This document shows positions 9,227 through 19,410 of a DNA stretch of 64,000 nucleotides, one piece after another; position 1 is the first letter of the stretch, and the number at the start of each line of letters is the position of its first letter. The translations under genes and the position numbers were made by a program. A model generated the notes under the pieces. That model was not told where the DNA came from and ran no database searches. It saw nothing but the letters and a program-made list of their open reading frames with translations. Source of the stretch: Candidatus Saccharimonadota bacterium (GTDB taxonomy: Bacteria > Patescibacteriota > Saccharimonadia > Saccharimonadales > JAQGHD01); the NCBI GenBank assembly GCA_028288965.1, contig JAQGHD010000019.1, positions 25,202 to 89,201 of the forward strand. The letters are read 5' to 3'.

Positions 9227-9535
9227 ATGACACATGAAGGCTTTGAGCAACCTCCTGATGCCGAAATTGCCGAAGCATTTAGTGGTGCAGCTTTTCTGGC
9301 AGAGCACGGCCTGGTAGATATAGCCGATGATATGATTGAGGCGCATGGCGGCCGCTTTACAGTGGCTGAAGCTATTGAGGGCTGCCGGCCTTTAGCTGAC
9401 ATGGTTGTCAGCCTGTCTCGTGACCTTAAGGATGTGCCTGGACATATGGGGATTATTAAAAACGCTATTCAATCAGCTGGGGGATCAACAGCTGAACGGC
9501 CAGTGCCGGAAGCAGCTAAAAAAAAATTGAAGTAG
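9227..9535 (+). CDS. Hypothetical protein, possibly N-terminal part of a frameshift fusion with 9553..10671
   Basis: Ends in an A9 run (9518-9526) two codons before the stop. Confidence 0.7.
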   Translation: MTHEGFEQPPDAEIAEAFSGAAFLAEHGLVDIADDMIEAHGGRFTVAEAIEGCRPLADMVVSLSRDLKDVPGHMGIIKNAIQSAGGSTAERPVPEAAKKKLK

Positions 9536-9552
9536 CAGCCGAAAAGCAAAAA

Positions 9553-10671
9553 GTGCCGAATACGCTTACCCAAAAACTCGCCAAGAAACAATCAGAACCA
9601 GACAGTCATACATACGAAGAACCAATTTTTAAAACGGCGGCACAGCCTAAACTGTCGCAAGACGTACTGGTTGAGACCCGCCAAGCAGAACAGGACCGTG
9701 AGGTCATTGAATACGACAGTGTACAACTGGTTGAGCCAGGCGTAGATATCCTCATCGAACTCAACCAACAAGCACTTGGTAGGGAGGCTGCAGAAGTAGT
9801 TAGTCAGCCTGTTGATTTAGCGAATGAGTTATCGCTCGAGCTGTCCCAGCCAAAGATAATGCCCCAGGCGCTACTCTCTGAAAATGAGTCTGTCGCTACC
9901 TTTGCCGAAATCCAAGTTCCAGAACCGTTGGTAGCCGAACTCAGTGAGCAAATTGCAGCGCTCATCCATAATCCAGATAACTGGCTGGCTGCCGAGCTAC
10001 CGGTTAAGCCGCTAGTTGATCAAACAATTGAGGATGTCTTTACTCCTGGGAAAATTGAAGAACCTGCTACAGAGTTTGAGACTTTCGATTCTGAGGCATT
10101 TTTGCTGGATCTGCAGGAACTTTTTGCCACCAGTAATGTTGGGCTGGAAGACAATCAACAAGAAGAATTAAGGGTTGAACTTGGAGAGGTTGGCATTGAC
10201 CAAGGAAAAGACGCTACATTTATAGATGGTTTAACCGAATTTGTGAAAACCCTCGAACCTCAAAAGGCCGAGCCTGCCGAAGCCTTACTAAACTCAGCCA
10301 TAGCTAAAATAGATCAGCTTCTGGAAATGGCGGACCAAGCAGCAGAAGGCGTTGCCGACACGCTGGAAAGTCAGCCAGAGTACGCAGAAGAACTTATGGA
10401 AATTTGTTTACAGCTGCTGGAATACTTGAGAATTGAAGGTATCGAGTTAAACGCCAACAAGCTATTGGTGACCCTAGTAAACAGCCAATATGCTAAACAG
10501 CATCTGTTACAAGCAAATGTTTTTAAAATTTCCGAATGGCAAGAACTTGGCACGCACGAACAAAAACATGATTCTCACTACGCAAGGAATTTGGGTACTA
10601 TTTGGCAAAGTGGCCAATCGCGGCAGACTATACTAGGCCAATTAGCCATCACTTTTACGGCTGCAGCATAG
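9553..10671 (+). CDS. Acidic hypothetical protein, -1 frame continuation of 9227..9535
   Basis: Glu-rich 372-aa ORF, no RBS, frame open back through the A9 run. Confidence 0.7.
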   Translation: MPNTLTQKLAKKQSEPDSHTYEEPIFKTAAQPKLSQDVLVETRQAEQDREVIEYDSVQLVEPGVDILIELNQQALGREAAEVVSQPVDLANELSLELSQPKIMPQALLSENESVATFAEIQVPEPLVAELSEQIAALIHNPDNWLAAELPVKPLVDQTIEDVFTPGKIEEPATEFETFDSEAFLLDLQELFATSNVGLEDNQQEELRVELGEVGIDQGKDATFIDGLTEFVKTLEPQKAEPAEALLNSAIAKIDQLLEMADQAAEGVADTLESQPEYAEELMEICLQLLEYLRIEGIELNANKLLVTLVNSQYAKQHLLQANVFKISEWQELGTHEQKHDSHYARNLGTIWQSGQSRQTILGQLAITFTAAA

Positions 10672-10911
10672 TTAAGTCCCGGTGTAGCTCTTTTAGATTT
10701 TCATAAAGTGCAGGTAATAAACAAGTGTGCCAACAAAGCCCAAAAACCACACCCCGCCGGCTCCACCATGTTGACTGACATTTCGCTTATTGATTAGCAT
10801 TAGATGGCTAGGCGTGAAATGAGTGACTTTGAGTCATATTACAAAGCGCTATTGAGCTAGAGCTTTCCTATTCCCCCGGGAGTATAATTGTAAGAGGCGA
10901 AGGGATGGCTA

Positions 10912-11679
10912 GTGGAGCAGGCTCAATTGCAAATAAGTCGGTGGAGCTGGCTGCGTATTCTGTTGGGCGGCGCGGTGCTGTTTGTGCTACTGGAACGGGC
11001 CTTGCTGGCCACCAGCGACATACTGTATCTACCCTCAATCTTACTTATCGGTGCTTTCACCGTACCGGTAGCTTTTATCGCGCTCCTATATTCAAGGGCG
11101 AAGGTGCCGGACGTACCATGGAGTACTTTAGGCTGGTGCTTTTTGTGGGGAGGTGTAGTGGGCACGGTCTTGGCTGGCCGATTGGAATATGAAACCTTAA
11201 AACACCTGGGAACTTTGCCAACCATTGCTATAGGCGTCAGCGAGGAGCTGGCCAAGATTGTTGTCCCGCTGTATCTGTTATGGCGTTGGCGTTACAAAAG
11301 TGTTTTTGACGGGCTTATTATTGGGGCAGCGACGGGAGCTGGTTTTGCAGCGCTGGAAAGTATGGGGTACGGCCTGGTAGCTCTGATTGCCTCTGGAGGG
11401 AATATCAACGCTGCCGTTGAGACCTTATTGTTTCGCGGTCTGATGGCCCCGGCGGCCCACATTGCCTGGACCAGTTTGCTGTGCGGTGCTTTATGGTATG
11501 CCAAGAGCCATTATGGGTTCAAAGCTCGCCGGCAACTTACGAATACGCTGGTGGGCGTTATACTGCTGCATGCCATCTGGGATAGTGTCACTTCGACGGC
11601 AGTGCTTATTGCATTGGGCTCGGTAAGCCTATTGTGGCTGTTGCTTCGTGTCCGGCAGGCTGAACGCCAGGGTTTATAG
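10912..11679 (+). CDS. prsW: PrsW-family intramembrane metalloprotease
   Basis: EELAK, GAGFAALES, AHIAWT, LHAIWD motifs. Confidence 0.9.
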   Translation: MEQAQLQISRWSWLRILLGGAVLFVLLERALLATSDILYLPSILLIGAFTVPVAFIALLYSRAKVPDVPWSTLGWCFLWGGVVGTVLAGRLEYETLKHLGTLPTIAIGVSEELAKIVVPLYLLWRWRYKSVFDGLIIGAATGAGFAALESMGYGLVALIASGGNINAAVETLLFRGLMAPAAHIAWTSLLCGALWYAKSHYGFKARRQLTNTLVGVILLHAIWDSVTSTAVLIALGSVSLLWLLLRVRQAERQGL

Positions 11680-11756
11680 TTGTATAGGCAATAAACTAGG
11701 GGTACAGCTGCGATGACCTTCACGATGGCTGGCTAATCGCTTATACTAATAGGCAT

Positions 11757-12467
11757 ATGAAGCTCAAACTCTCGGCTCTTGTTGGCTTAATACTCACCGG
11801 CGTATTTGTATTGAGCAGTACCGCTCTGGCTCAAGGTATATACACGGCTGGATCGACCGGTGTTGATATATCATGGCCAAATTGTCGGGCCAAGGTGCCA
11901 ACCAGCGCCAAGTTTGGCATTGTGGGCGTAACCAACGGGCTGGGCTACTCCACTAGTCCTTGCCTAGTTAGTGAGGCAGCGCATTTTTCTAACCTAAGTT
12001 TTTATGTAAATACCGGCTGGAACAGCAGTTCTACGCACATTAACCCTACCAGCCCGCGGCTGTGTGCCGCCGCCGATAATAATTGTTTGGCCTACAATTA
12101 CGGCTATAACGCCGGACTTTATGCTTATAATGCGGCGTCTAGTGCCGGGCTGCACAGCACTACTTGGTGGCTCGACGTAGAATCGAATAATACCTGGTCC
12201 ACTGATGCCTTGCAGAATCAGAATAGCCTACTTGGTGAGCATGATGCATTGCTTGCCAGCGGCGTAGCAATCGTTGGGGCTTACAGCACCACGGCTATGT
12301 GGAACAGTATTACCGGCAGCTGGTTGAACAACTGGCCATCATGGGGTGCGACTACCTGGAAGACCGCTAACCAAGCCAAAACCTACTGCACCGGCCACCA
12401 GTTTACCGGCGGAACCACCTGGTTAATCCAATACCAGGGCCAGCTCGACCAAGACGTGGCTTGTTAA
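11757..12467 (+). CDS. Secreted glycoside hydrolase-like (GH25/DUF1906-type TIM barrel) protein
   Basis: Signal peptide, GVDISWPNC, WWLDVE, GAYS, QY..DQD. Confidence 0.7.
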   Translation: MKLKLSALVGLILTGVFVLSSTALAQGIYTAGSTGVDISWPNCRAKVPTSAKFGIVGVTNGLGYSTSPCLVSEAAHFSNLSFYVNTGWNSSSTHINPTSPRLCAAADNNCLAYNYGYNAGLYAYNAASSAGLHSTTWWLDVESNNTWSTDALQNQNSLLGEHDALLASGVAIVGAYSTTAMWNSITGSWLNNWPSWGATTWKTANQAKTYCTGHQFTGGTTWLIQYQGQLDQDVAC

Positions 12468-12477
12468 GAATTTGAGA

Positions 12478-15228
12478 TTACGAACGTGAGGTTTGTTTTC
12501 GGGCGCGGCTGGGCGCCGTTCGGCGCGAAGTTCGTGGCTTAGCCGGCGCTGCCGTTTTGAAGACAATGCCCTTACCAGCGTCATAGCTGACAGTCACGTG
12601 GCTACCCTCGCTGATGCTGCCGCGCAGTATCTCTTTGGCCAGTTTGTTTTCTATCTCGCTTTTAATTTGCCGGCGTAATTCGCGGGCGCCGAGTTCTGGC
12701 TGGTAGCCAACCGCTGCCAAATGTTCAATCACTGGCGTATCAAAATTAAGCTCAATAGCTTGCCCGCGCGCCATGCGCTTGACCCGCTCTAGTTGTAGCC
12801 CGACAATCTGCTTGATTTGCTCACGGCTTAAAGCTTCAAAAATAATGATTTCATCTATCCGGTTCAAAAACTCCGGGCGGAAAGAATTGCGCAGTTGCTC
12901 CAGCAGCGCTGCTTTGAGTTGGTCGTACGTCTTGCGCTCAGCTTTTTTGGCAGTGAGGTTTTCTTGGATAAGTGACGCGCCCATGTTTGACGTGGCAATA
13001 ATAATGGTGTTGGTAAAGTCTACTACTCGGCCTTTGCCGTCGGTTAAACGGCCGTCATCAAAAACTTGCAGCAAAATATTGTGGACATCGGGATGGGCTT
13101 TTTCGATTTCATCCAGCAGCAGCACGCTGTAAGGTTTGCGCCGGACGCGTTCGGTCAGCTGGCCGCCTTCTTCGTAACCAACATAGCCGGGCGGGGCACC
13201 GATCAGGCGGGCCACGCTGTGGCGCTCCATGTATTCGCTCATGTCTATCCGGATCATGGCGTCTTCGTCACCAAAAACGACCCAGGCCAGGGCTTTGGTG
13301 AGCTCGGTTTTGCCGACGCCGGTTGGCCCCAAAAACATGAAGGTGGCGATGGGGCGGTTGCCCTCGCTCAGGCCGGCCCGGCTCAAACGAATGGCATCGG
13401 CGACGGCTTCCACCGCTTCTGCTTGGCCAATGACTCGCTCGTGCAGGCGCTCTTCCAGCTTGAGTAATTTGTTTCTTTCTTCTTCGGTGAGTTCACTGAC
13501 TGGAATGCCGGTGATGCTAGAAACCACTTGGGCAATATGCTCTACCAGCACTTCCTGCGACGTGACGCCACGGTGGGCATGCCACTTGTTCTCCAGTCCG
13601 TCTCGCTGCTTGGTAAGTTTCTTGAGTTCCTTTTCTAGTTTGTTGGCTTCCTCCATACGTTTATGGTTGACAGCATACTCGCGCTCACGCTTGGCCTGCT
13701 GCAGTTTGTTGTTGAGGTCGGCAATATCTTGAGAGTACGTATCGGCACCGATCCGCACCCGCGAAGCGGCTTGGTCAATGAGGTCGATGGCTTTATCTGG
13801 CAAAAAGCGGTTGGCAATGTAGCGATCACTTAGTTCGGCGGCGGCCACGATGGCTGGCTCGGTTATTTTGACTTTGTGGTGGGCTTCGTACTTATCGCGC
13901 AGCCCGCGCAAGATTTCAATGGTTTGTTCCACCGTTGGTTCCGGGACAATCACCGGCTGAAAGCGCCGCTCCAGAGCCGCATCTTTTTCGATATATTTCT
14001 GATATTCGTTGAGCGTGGTAGCGCCGATAAGGTGCAGTTCACCGCGCGCTAGCGCCGGCTTCATGACGTTGGCCACGTCTATGCCGCCCTCGCCGCCGCC
14101 TTGGCCGGCTCCCACCACGGTGTGCAGCTCATCTATAAAAATGATCAATTCATCTTGGTGCGCGGTTATTTCATCCAGCACGGTTTTGATCCGCTCTTCA
14201 AACTCACCCCTATATTTGCTGCCGGCCACCATGGCTGTCAGGCTGAGTTCAACCACCCGTTTGTCTTGCAGGACTTGGGGCACGTGGCTGTGATAAATGC
14301 GCTGGGCTAAGCCCTCTACAATGGCTGTTTTACCAACACCTGGCTCACCAATCAGGACCGGATTGTTTTTGGTACGGCGGGCCAGGATTTCGATGGTGGT
14401 TTCAATTTCTTTGGCCCGGCCAATCACCGGATCCAGCTTGCCCTGTCTGGCTAGCTCCGACAAATCCCTAGAGTATTTGTCTAGTTGCGGCGTGGTGGAT
14501 TGACCCTCCACTCGGCCTTCTTCGGCCCCTTTGCCAACCACTTTGACAATCTTTTGACGCAGACTTTCCGTAGTGAGGCCATAGCGGCGCAACAACTCGC
14601 CGGCCATGCCCTCATCTTCTTGTAACAGTCCGAGCAGCAGGTGTTCTGGGCCGACGTAGCTGTGGCCAAGTTCGCGCGAGTCACGAAAAGCGTTTTCTAG
14701 GACCTGCTTGACGCGCGGCGCCACAGTAACCTCTACAGTGTCTTCACTTTTTGGAATCTGCTCCTGCTTGGGGGCATTGGTCTCGATATAGCCTTTGACG
14801 TCGCTACTCTTGAGCTTAAACTGCTTGAGTATTTCTTGGACAATTTCACTGTCGGCCAGGGCGTAGAGCAGGTGTTCGGTATCGACTTCGCGCCGGCCAA
14901 ACTTGACGGCGGTTTCGGCTGCTTGTTGAATAATTTCTTTGGTGTGCTCAGAGATGTACTCTTCTATATTGGTGGCTTCGCGATCCCTTGGCAGGGGTGA
15001 GCCAAGTCGTGACGCAAAACTGGGGAAATCCTCGCCAAAATTGTCACCAAGACTGTCGCCAACTCCAGAAAACAAATTCTCGAATGGTGAGTTTTGAGAT
15101 TGCCGGCGCAGCAGTTGCTGATAATGCTCATCGCACAACTCCAGGGTCATTTCCTTGCCATCTTGGCGCACCCGCACCGTGTGTGCGGCTGGTTTGCCGT
15201 CGTTCATGTCACAGACACCATCGGCCAT
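12478..15228 (-). CDS. clpG: ClpG/ClpK-type stand-alone AAA+ disaggregase (ClpB/C family)
   Basis: Two AAA+ modules ([16 protein letters not shown]), Clp_N repeats, extra N-terminal C..(x)[15 protein letters not shown] segment like the ClpG N1 domain. Confidence 0.8.
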   Translation of the reverse strand: MADGVCDMNDGKPAAHTVRVRQDGKEMTLELCDEHYQQLLRRQSQNSPFENLFSGVGDSLGDNFGEDFPSFASRLGSPLPRDREATNIEEYISEHTKEIIQQAAETAVKFGRREVDTEHLLYALADSEIVQEILKQFKLKSSDVKGYIETNAPKQEQIPKSEDTVEVTVAPRVKQVLENAFRDSRELGHSYVGPEHLLLGLLQEDEGMAGELLRRYGLTTESLRQKIVKVVGKGAEEGRVEGQSTTPQLDKYSRDLSELARQGKLDPVIGRAKEIETTIEILARRTKNNPVLIGEPGVGKTAIVEGLAQRIYHSHVPQVLQDKRVVELSLTAMVAGSKYRGEFEERIKTVLDEITAHQDELIIFIDELHTVVGAGQGGGEGGIDVANVMKPALARGELHLIGATTLNEYQKYIEKDAALERRFQPVIVPEPTVEQTIEILRGLRDKYEAHHKVKITEPAIVAAAELSDRYIANRFLPDKAIDLIDQAASRVRIGADTYSQDIADLNNKLQQAKREREYAVNHKRMEEANKLEKELKKLTKQRDGLENKWHAHRGVTSQEVLVEHIAQVVSSITGIPVSELTEEERNKLLKLEERLHERVIGQAEAVEAVADAIRLSRAGLSEGNRPIATFMFLGPTGVGKTELTKALAWVVFGDEDAMIRIDMSEYMERHSVARLIGAPPGYVGYEEGGQLTERVRRKPYSVLLLDEIEKAHPDVHNILLQVFDDGRLTDGKGRVVDFTNTIIIATSNMGASLIQENLTAKKAERKTYDQLKAALLEQLRNSFRPEFLNRIDEIIIFEALSREQIKQIVGLQLERVKRMARGQAIELNFDTPVIEHLAAVGYQPELGARELRRQIKSEIENKLAKEILRGSISEGSHVTVSYDAGKGIVFKTAAPAKPRTSRRTAPSRARKQTSRS

Positions 15229-15388
15229 TGTCTACATCCCTTCTTTACGCGATCCGTTAAGACTACTCTTTTGCATTCCATCTGTCTGCGAAGATTTAGA
15301 CAGTTAAGAAACAATGGCGTCGGTGGTCAGAAATACACTTTGATTATCTGTGTTACCATAACCGTAGGCTTCCAATAATAAAAATACT

Positions 15389-16489
15389 ATGAAACAAAAA
15401 GTCTCCGCACGTGCTCGGCAGGCCCATACCCGGCAAAAAAAGATTGTTCGGGCCAATCGTCCCTACCATAAAAGGCTGCTACTAAGTCCTATTAGCGTCT
15501 TTTTCTTGCTTTGCGTCGGCGTTTTACTGATTGGTGTGACCTATCAGGCTCTAGCCGCGGATGTTACGGTGGTGGCCCAAAAGCCGGCGCCATTGCCCAC
15601 GTCCCCTGCGGTTATCGAACTGTTAACGCCGCAAAATCAAGCTGGCGATAGCCAAGCACCGCAAGCTGTAGCCAGCTCCCCAAAAACCTATCAGGTAGAC
15701 CGACAGATCATTACGCTCAGTGGTAGCTGTCCCAAAGACAGTTACCTAAAGTTTTATAGAAACGATTTATTTGCCGGTGTGACTATGTGCATTGGTGACC
15801 CGGTATTTAGTATTGAAATTAGCCTGGTGGATGGTCTGAATAAGATCGAGGCACATGTCTTTAGCTTGACAGACGGCGAAGGTCCGCTTAGCTTACCGTT
15901 TTACATAAACTACACGCGCCCCAGCCTGGCGGCGCCTGCTGCTAAGGGACCCACCAAAAGCCCAACTATTGTAGTGCCGCTGGCCGGTTCATTTCTGCTG
16001 ACCAGTAACTATCGATTTAGAGGCGTTTTTGTGAACCAGGCATTCAACTGGGATGTCGACATTCATGGCGGGACGCCGCCCTATAAGTTCGACGTCGATT
16101 GGGGAGATAGGAGTAGTAGCAATTCCACCCACCCATCTGTCTCGAACCTAGTACTTGCGCATACCTATTCCAAACCAGGCGGTTATAATGGCAACTATGC
16201 CATTAAAGTCCACGCGACAGATAGCAAAGCGGTATTGGCCAGTATGCAATTGATGGCCGTGGTAAATAATAAACCAAAGCCAAATGTTTTACTCGACACA
16301 ACCTGTGCCTCACCGGCCATTGGTTTTGGCTGTGCCTCGTGGTTGCCGAGCGTCCGGCATTGGCTTTGGGCGGTTTGGCCAACGTACAGCGTCGTGCTGC
16401 TTATGGCACTCAGTTTTTGGCTTGGCGAGCGCCAAGAAATTCGTCAGCTGCTGCTGCCAAAGCGTCGGATCCAGCACCGTCGGCCATGA
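15389..16489 (+). CDS. Membrane-anchored Ig/PKD-domain surface protein
   Basis: N-terminal TM, GGTPPY..VDWGD..HTYSKPG.Y (PKD), C-terminal TM. Confidence 0.8.
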   Translation: MKQKVSARARQAHTRQKKIVRANRPYHKRLLLSPISVFFLLCVGVLLIGVTYQALAADVTVVAQKPAPLPTSPAVIELLTPQNQAGDSQAPQAVASSPKTYQVDRQIITLSGSCPKDSYLKFYRNDLFAGVTMCIGDPVFSIEISLVDGLNKIEAHVFSLTDGEGPLSLPFYINYTRPSLAAPAAKGPTKSPTIVVPLAGSFLLTSNYRFRGVFVNQAFNWDVDIHGGTPPYKFDVDWGDRSSSNSTHPSVSNLVLAHTYSKPGGYNGNYAIKVHATDSKAVLASMQLMAVVNNKPKPNVLLDTTCASPAIGFGCASWLPSVRHWLWAVWPTYSVVLLMALSFWLGERQEIRQLLLPKRRIQHRRP

Positions 16490-16522
16490 TAAATATCACT
16501 TCGATGCAGTATAATAACGTTT

Positions 16523-17596
16523 ATGCGTTGGCCAATTCTTGGAGGGTTGCTTTTGTTCGCGGCTCTGCCGGCGACGGCTAATTATCAGTTAAACTCATAT
16601 GGATTCGGCAATGGGGGAGTGGCCAATGCGTCGACTTCCAACTACGCGCTAGAGGGCATTAGCGGTGAGATTGGCGGCCAAACCGCCAGCACTGCCACCT
16701 ACCAAGTCAAACCGGGTTTTATTGAAACTCAGCAGTCCAATGTTCCTAAAATCGCGACGTTCGATAACGGCAGCGGCCGCTACTATAACAAGCTGCACTT
16801 TGTCCTAGACCAGCAGAGCAATCCATCTGACGCCACATATGCCTTGCAGATCAGCACTACCAGCGATTTTTCCAGCGGCAATAACTTTGTCAAAAGCGAC
16901 CTAACCATTGGCGCCACGCTCAATACCACCGATTACCAAACGTACGCGGCTTGGGGTGGAGCCAGCGGCTCAAACATTATTGGCCTGGTGCCCAGCACCA
17001 CCTACTACTTGCGGGCCAAAGTGACCCAGGTAAATTCCTTTAGCGGCGTTTCAACCGAAAGCGGCTACGGTCCGGCCAGCTCGGTGGCCACAGTGGGGCC
17101 GAGTCTGTCGTTTGATATTGATGTGTCGGCCATTGACACCTCCACCAGCCCGCCCTTTACCACCAATTTTGGCAACATACTGCCTAGTACCATCACCGAT
17201 AGCCCGCAGAAGATTTGGTTTAGCTTTGATACCAATGCCGTCAGCGGCGGCAGTATTTATATATCGGGGGCCAGCGGCGGGCTTAGGAGCACCCTTCGCT
17301 CCTACACCATCAGTTCGCTCAGCGGCGATTTGTCATCATCGGCCGAAGGTTTTGGGGCCCAAAACTCGTCTGCAACCCAAACTTCTGGCGGGCCAATCGC
17401 CGCCGCTAGTCCTTATAATGTGTCTTCCCAGAACGTCGGGATTATAGACAGCACCGTACGGCCCATGTATTCGGCGACGGCACCGCTGGTAGCCGGGCGG
17501 GTGTCTTTTTTGCTTAAGGCCAAATCCAAAGCCTTAACTCCACAGGCTACGGACTATGCCGAAACGCTTACTACCATTGCCGCCGGGAGTTTTTAG
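16523..17596 (+). CDS. Secreted FN3-like plus WxL-like C-terminal domain protein
   Basis: Signal peptide, GLVPSTTYYLRA, C-terminal TPQATDYAETLTTIAAGSF. Confidence 0.6.
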   Translation: MRWPILGGLLLFAALPATANYQLNSYGFGNGGVANASTSNYALEGISGEIGGQTASTATYQVKPGFIETQQSNVPKIATFDNGSGRYYNKLHFVLDQQSNPSDATYALQISTTSDFSSGNNFVKSDLTIGATLNTTDYQTYAAWGGASGSNIIGLVPSTTYYLRAKVTQVNSFSGVSTESGYGPASSVATVGPSLSFDIDVSAIDTSTSPPFTTNFGNILPSTITDSPQKIWFSFDTNAVSGGSIYISGASGGLRSTLRSYTISSLSGDLSSSAEGFGAQNSSATQTSGGPIAAASPYNVSSQNVGIIDSTVRPMYSATAPLVAGRVSFLLKAKSKALTPQATDYAETLTTIAAGSF

Positions 17597-17604
17597 CTGC
17601 CTTA

Positions 17605-18182
17605 TGCATCTGCCAAAACCAAAATTGTCCAGAGGCCGCGTGGTTTTTGGGCTGATCGGCTTCACGGTTATTATTTTTGCCGCAGTAATTGTTAAGCAAT
17701 TCAGCGGGCCGGCTATCGGCACCGTAAACAACAACATCAGTACGACAAACGATACCGCTCAGCACCTGCTGCACTTTGACGCTAAGCAAGCTAGTTTTGA
17801 TTATCAATCAGACTTAAAACAACAGGATAACGCCAAGGCCCAGCCCAATGTGTTGGAATATTACATATTCAACAAGGGGGCAGGTGATCATTCTGCCGCT
17901 GCCTACCTGGCGGTGAGCATTTATGCCCTGCCCAGTGGTAACCCGGACGATAACAGCGGCTTTCATTACCGCAAGCAGCACCCCGAACTGTACAGTTCGC
18001 GCGTGCTAGCCATAAACACCACTAATTTTGTGATTGTGACCAAAAAAGACAGCCATGAAATAGTAGCCTTTTCTACCCATGGCACCAAGTTGGCGGCTAT
18101 ATCACTGACCGCCGCCCTGGCGACCTCGAGCGAGTTGCAGAGTCGGTTCGATGGGGTGCTGAACTCTTGGGCCTGGAAATAA
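17605..18182 (+). CDS. Membrane-anchored hypothetical protein (PsbP-like fold suspected)
   Basis: N-terminal TM, C-terminal FDGVLNSWAWK. Start placed at ATG 17605. Confidence 0.6.
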
Positions 18183-18187
18183 ACCTA

Positions 18188-18216
18188 TTGACAAGATATC
18201 GGCCATTGTTCAGAAT
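18188..18216 (+). promoter_or_regulatory. Sigma70-type promoter
   Basis: TTGACA-17 nt-CAGAAT upstream of the 18266 gene. Confidence 0.5.
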
Positions 18217-18265
18217 AAGCATAAGCTACAAATAAAAAATACAAAGCTATAATAAATATCACGGT

Positions 18266-19360
18266 ATGTACATGACCATGGCACGCATTTCAAAATTATC
18301 TACCAAAGGCCTATTGTTGGTAGGGCTGTTGCTGTTTGGTATTGTCGGATCGGTAGCAGTGGCGCGCCATGCCGGTGCCACCAATTTAGGGGTAGCCTTT
18401 GTCCGGCTGGATCGCCTGAAAGCCAGCACTGCCACCGGTGGTCGCGTCTGCGCCAAGCCGTCGGTTACCAATCTTGCTTCTGTCGAAGCCAGCGTCCAAG
18501 TGACGTTCCCGACCGGCTTTACGGTCAATACAACCTTTGGCAACTGGACCGTGAACACTTCTAACCTGGACACCGGTCAAACAGCGTGGCCAGGTATCAA
18601 CACCGCCACGGCGGCGGCTGGCCAGGTGGTTACCTTCCCAAGTACCGACCTAAGCTCCAGCTCGCTTACCTATTGTTTTAACTTTGTGGCCACCACGACC
18701 CTGACTAATGGCACGGCAGCAGCTGATCAAACCGGCACCATTACTACCCGCACCAGCGGACTGGCAACCATTGATTCTTCTAACTATGCCCTGGCCACCA
18801 TTTCAGAAGATACTATTTCGGTTACCGGCACCGTACCGGCTTCTTTTAACTTTGCTATCACCAGCTGTACCTCTGGTAGCTGTAACGACAACTTTACCGG
18901 TAACCTGACACCCGGCACGATTGCCGTTACAGCCGGCAAAGCTGTCACTATTACGACTAATGCGACCAACGGCTGGATAGCCTGGGCCAAAGACTTGAAC
19001 CAAGGCTTAACCTCAGCCAACCGCGCGGCCACCATCGCCACGGCGGGGACAGTGGATGGATCTCCGAGTACCCTGGCAACCGGCACCGAAGGCTATGTGC
19101 TCGATACTGACCTCACGACCGATGCGGCCGGCGGCGGCGCCGTGGTGATAAATGGCGAATACAATTACACGGGTACCGTCAATGGCACCACGGGTGGCGG
19201 TGGAACCCTGTCTGGTAACTTCCAGCCGATTGCCTCAGCTAATGGTGCGGCGGCCGGTGATGTTATTACACTCATTGAACGAGCAGCGGTGGGCGGCTTA
19301 ACCAAAGACGCTACCGATTACACCGATCAAATAACCATTGTCGGTGCCGGCCAGTTTTAA
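18266..19360 (+). CDS. Secreted Thr-rich WxL-like surface protein
   Basis: Signal peptide, TNATNGW, C-terminal DATDYTDQITIVGAGQF paralogous to 16523..17596. Confidence 0.65.
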   Translation: MYMTMARISKLSTKGLLLVGLLLFGIVGSVAVARHAGATNLGVAFVRLDRLKASTATGGRVCAKPSVTNLASVEASVQVTFPTGFTVNTTFGNWTVNTSNLDTGQTAWPGINTATAAAGQVVTFPSTDLSSSSLTYCFNFVATTTLTNGTAAADQTGTITTRTSGLATIDSSNYALATISEDTISVTGTVPASFNFAITSCTSGSCNDNFTGNLTPGTIAVTAGKAVTITTNATNGWIAWAKDLNQGLTSANRAATIATAGTVDGSPSTLATGTEGYVLDTDLTTDAAGGGAVVINGEYNYTGTVNGTTGGGGTLSGNFQPIASANGAAAGDVITLIERAAVGGLTKDATDYTDQITIVGAGQF

Positions 19361-19410
19361 AGTAGCACTTTCTTCACTTTTCAGTGGTAAAAATCATTCA
19401 TCAGCTATAA

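Noticed and set aside
12493-15378. Multiple plus-strand ORFs over the Clp gene
   Set aside because: Antisense shadows of a conserved gene.
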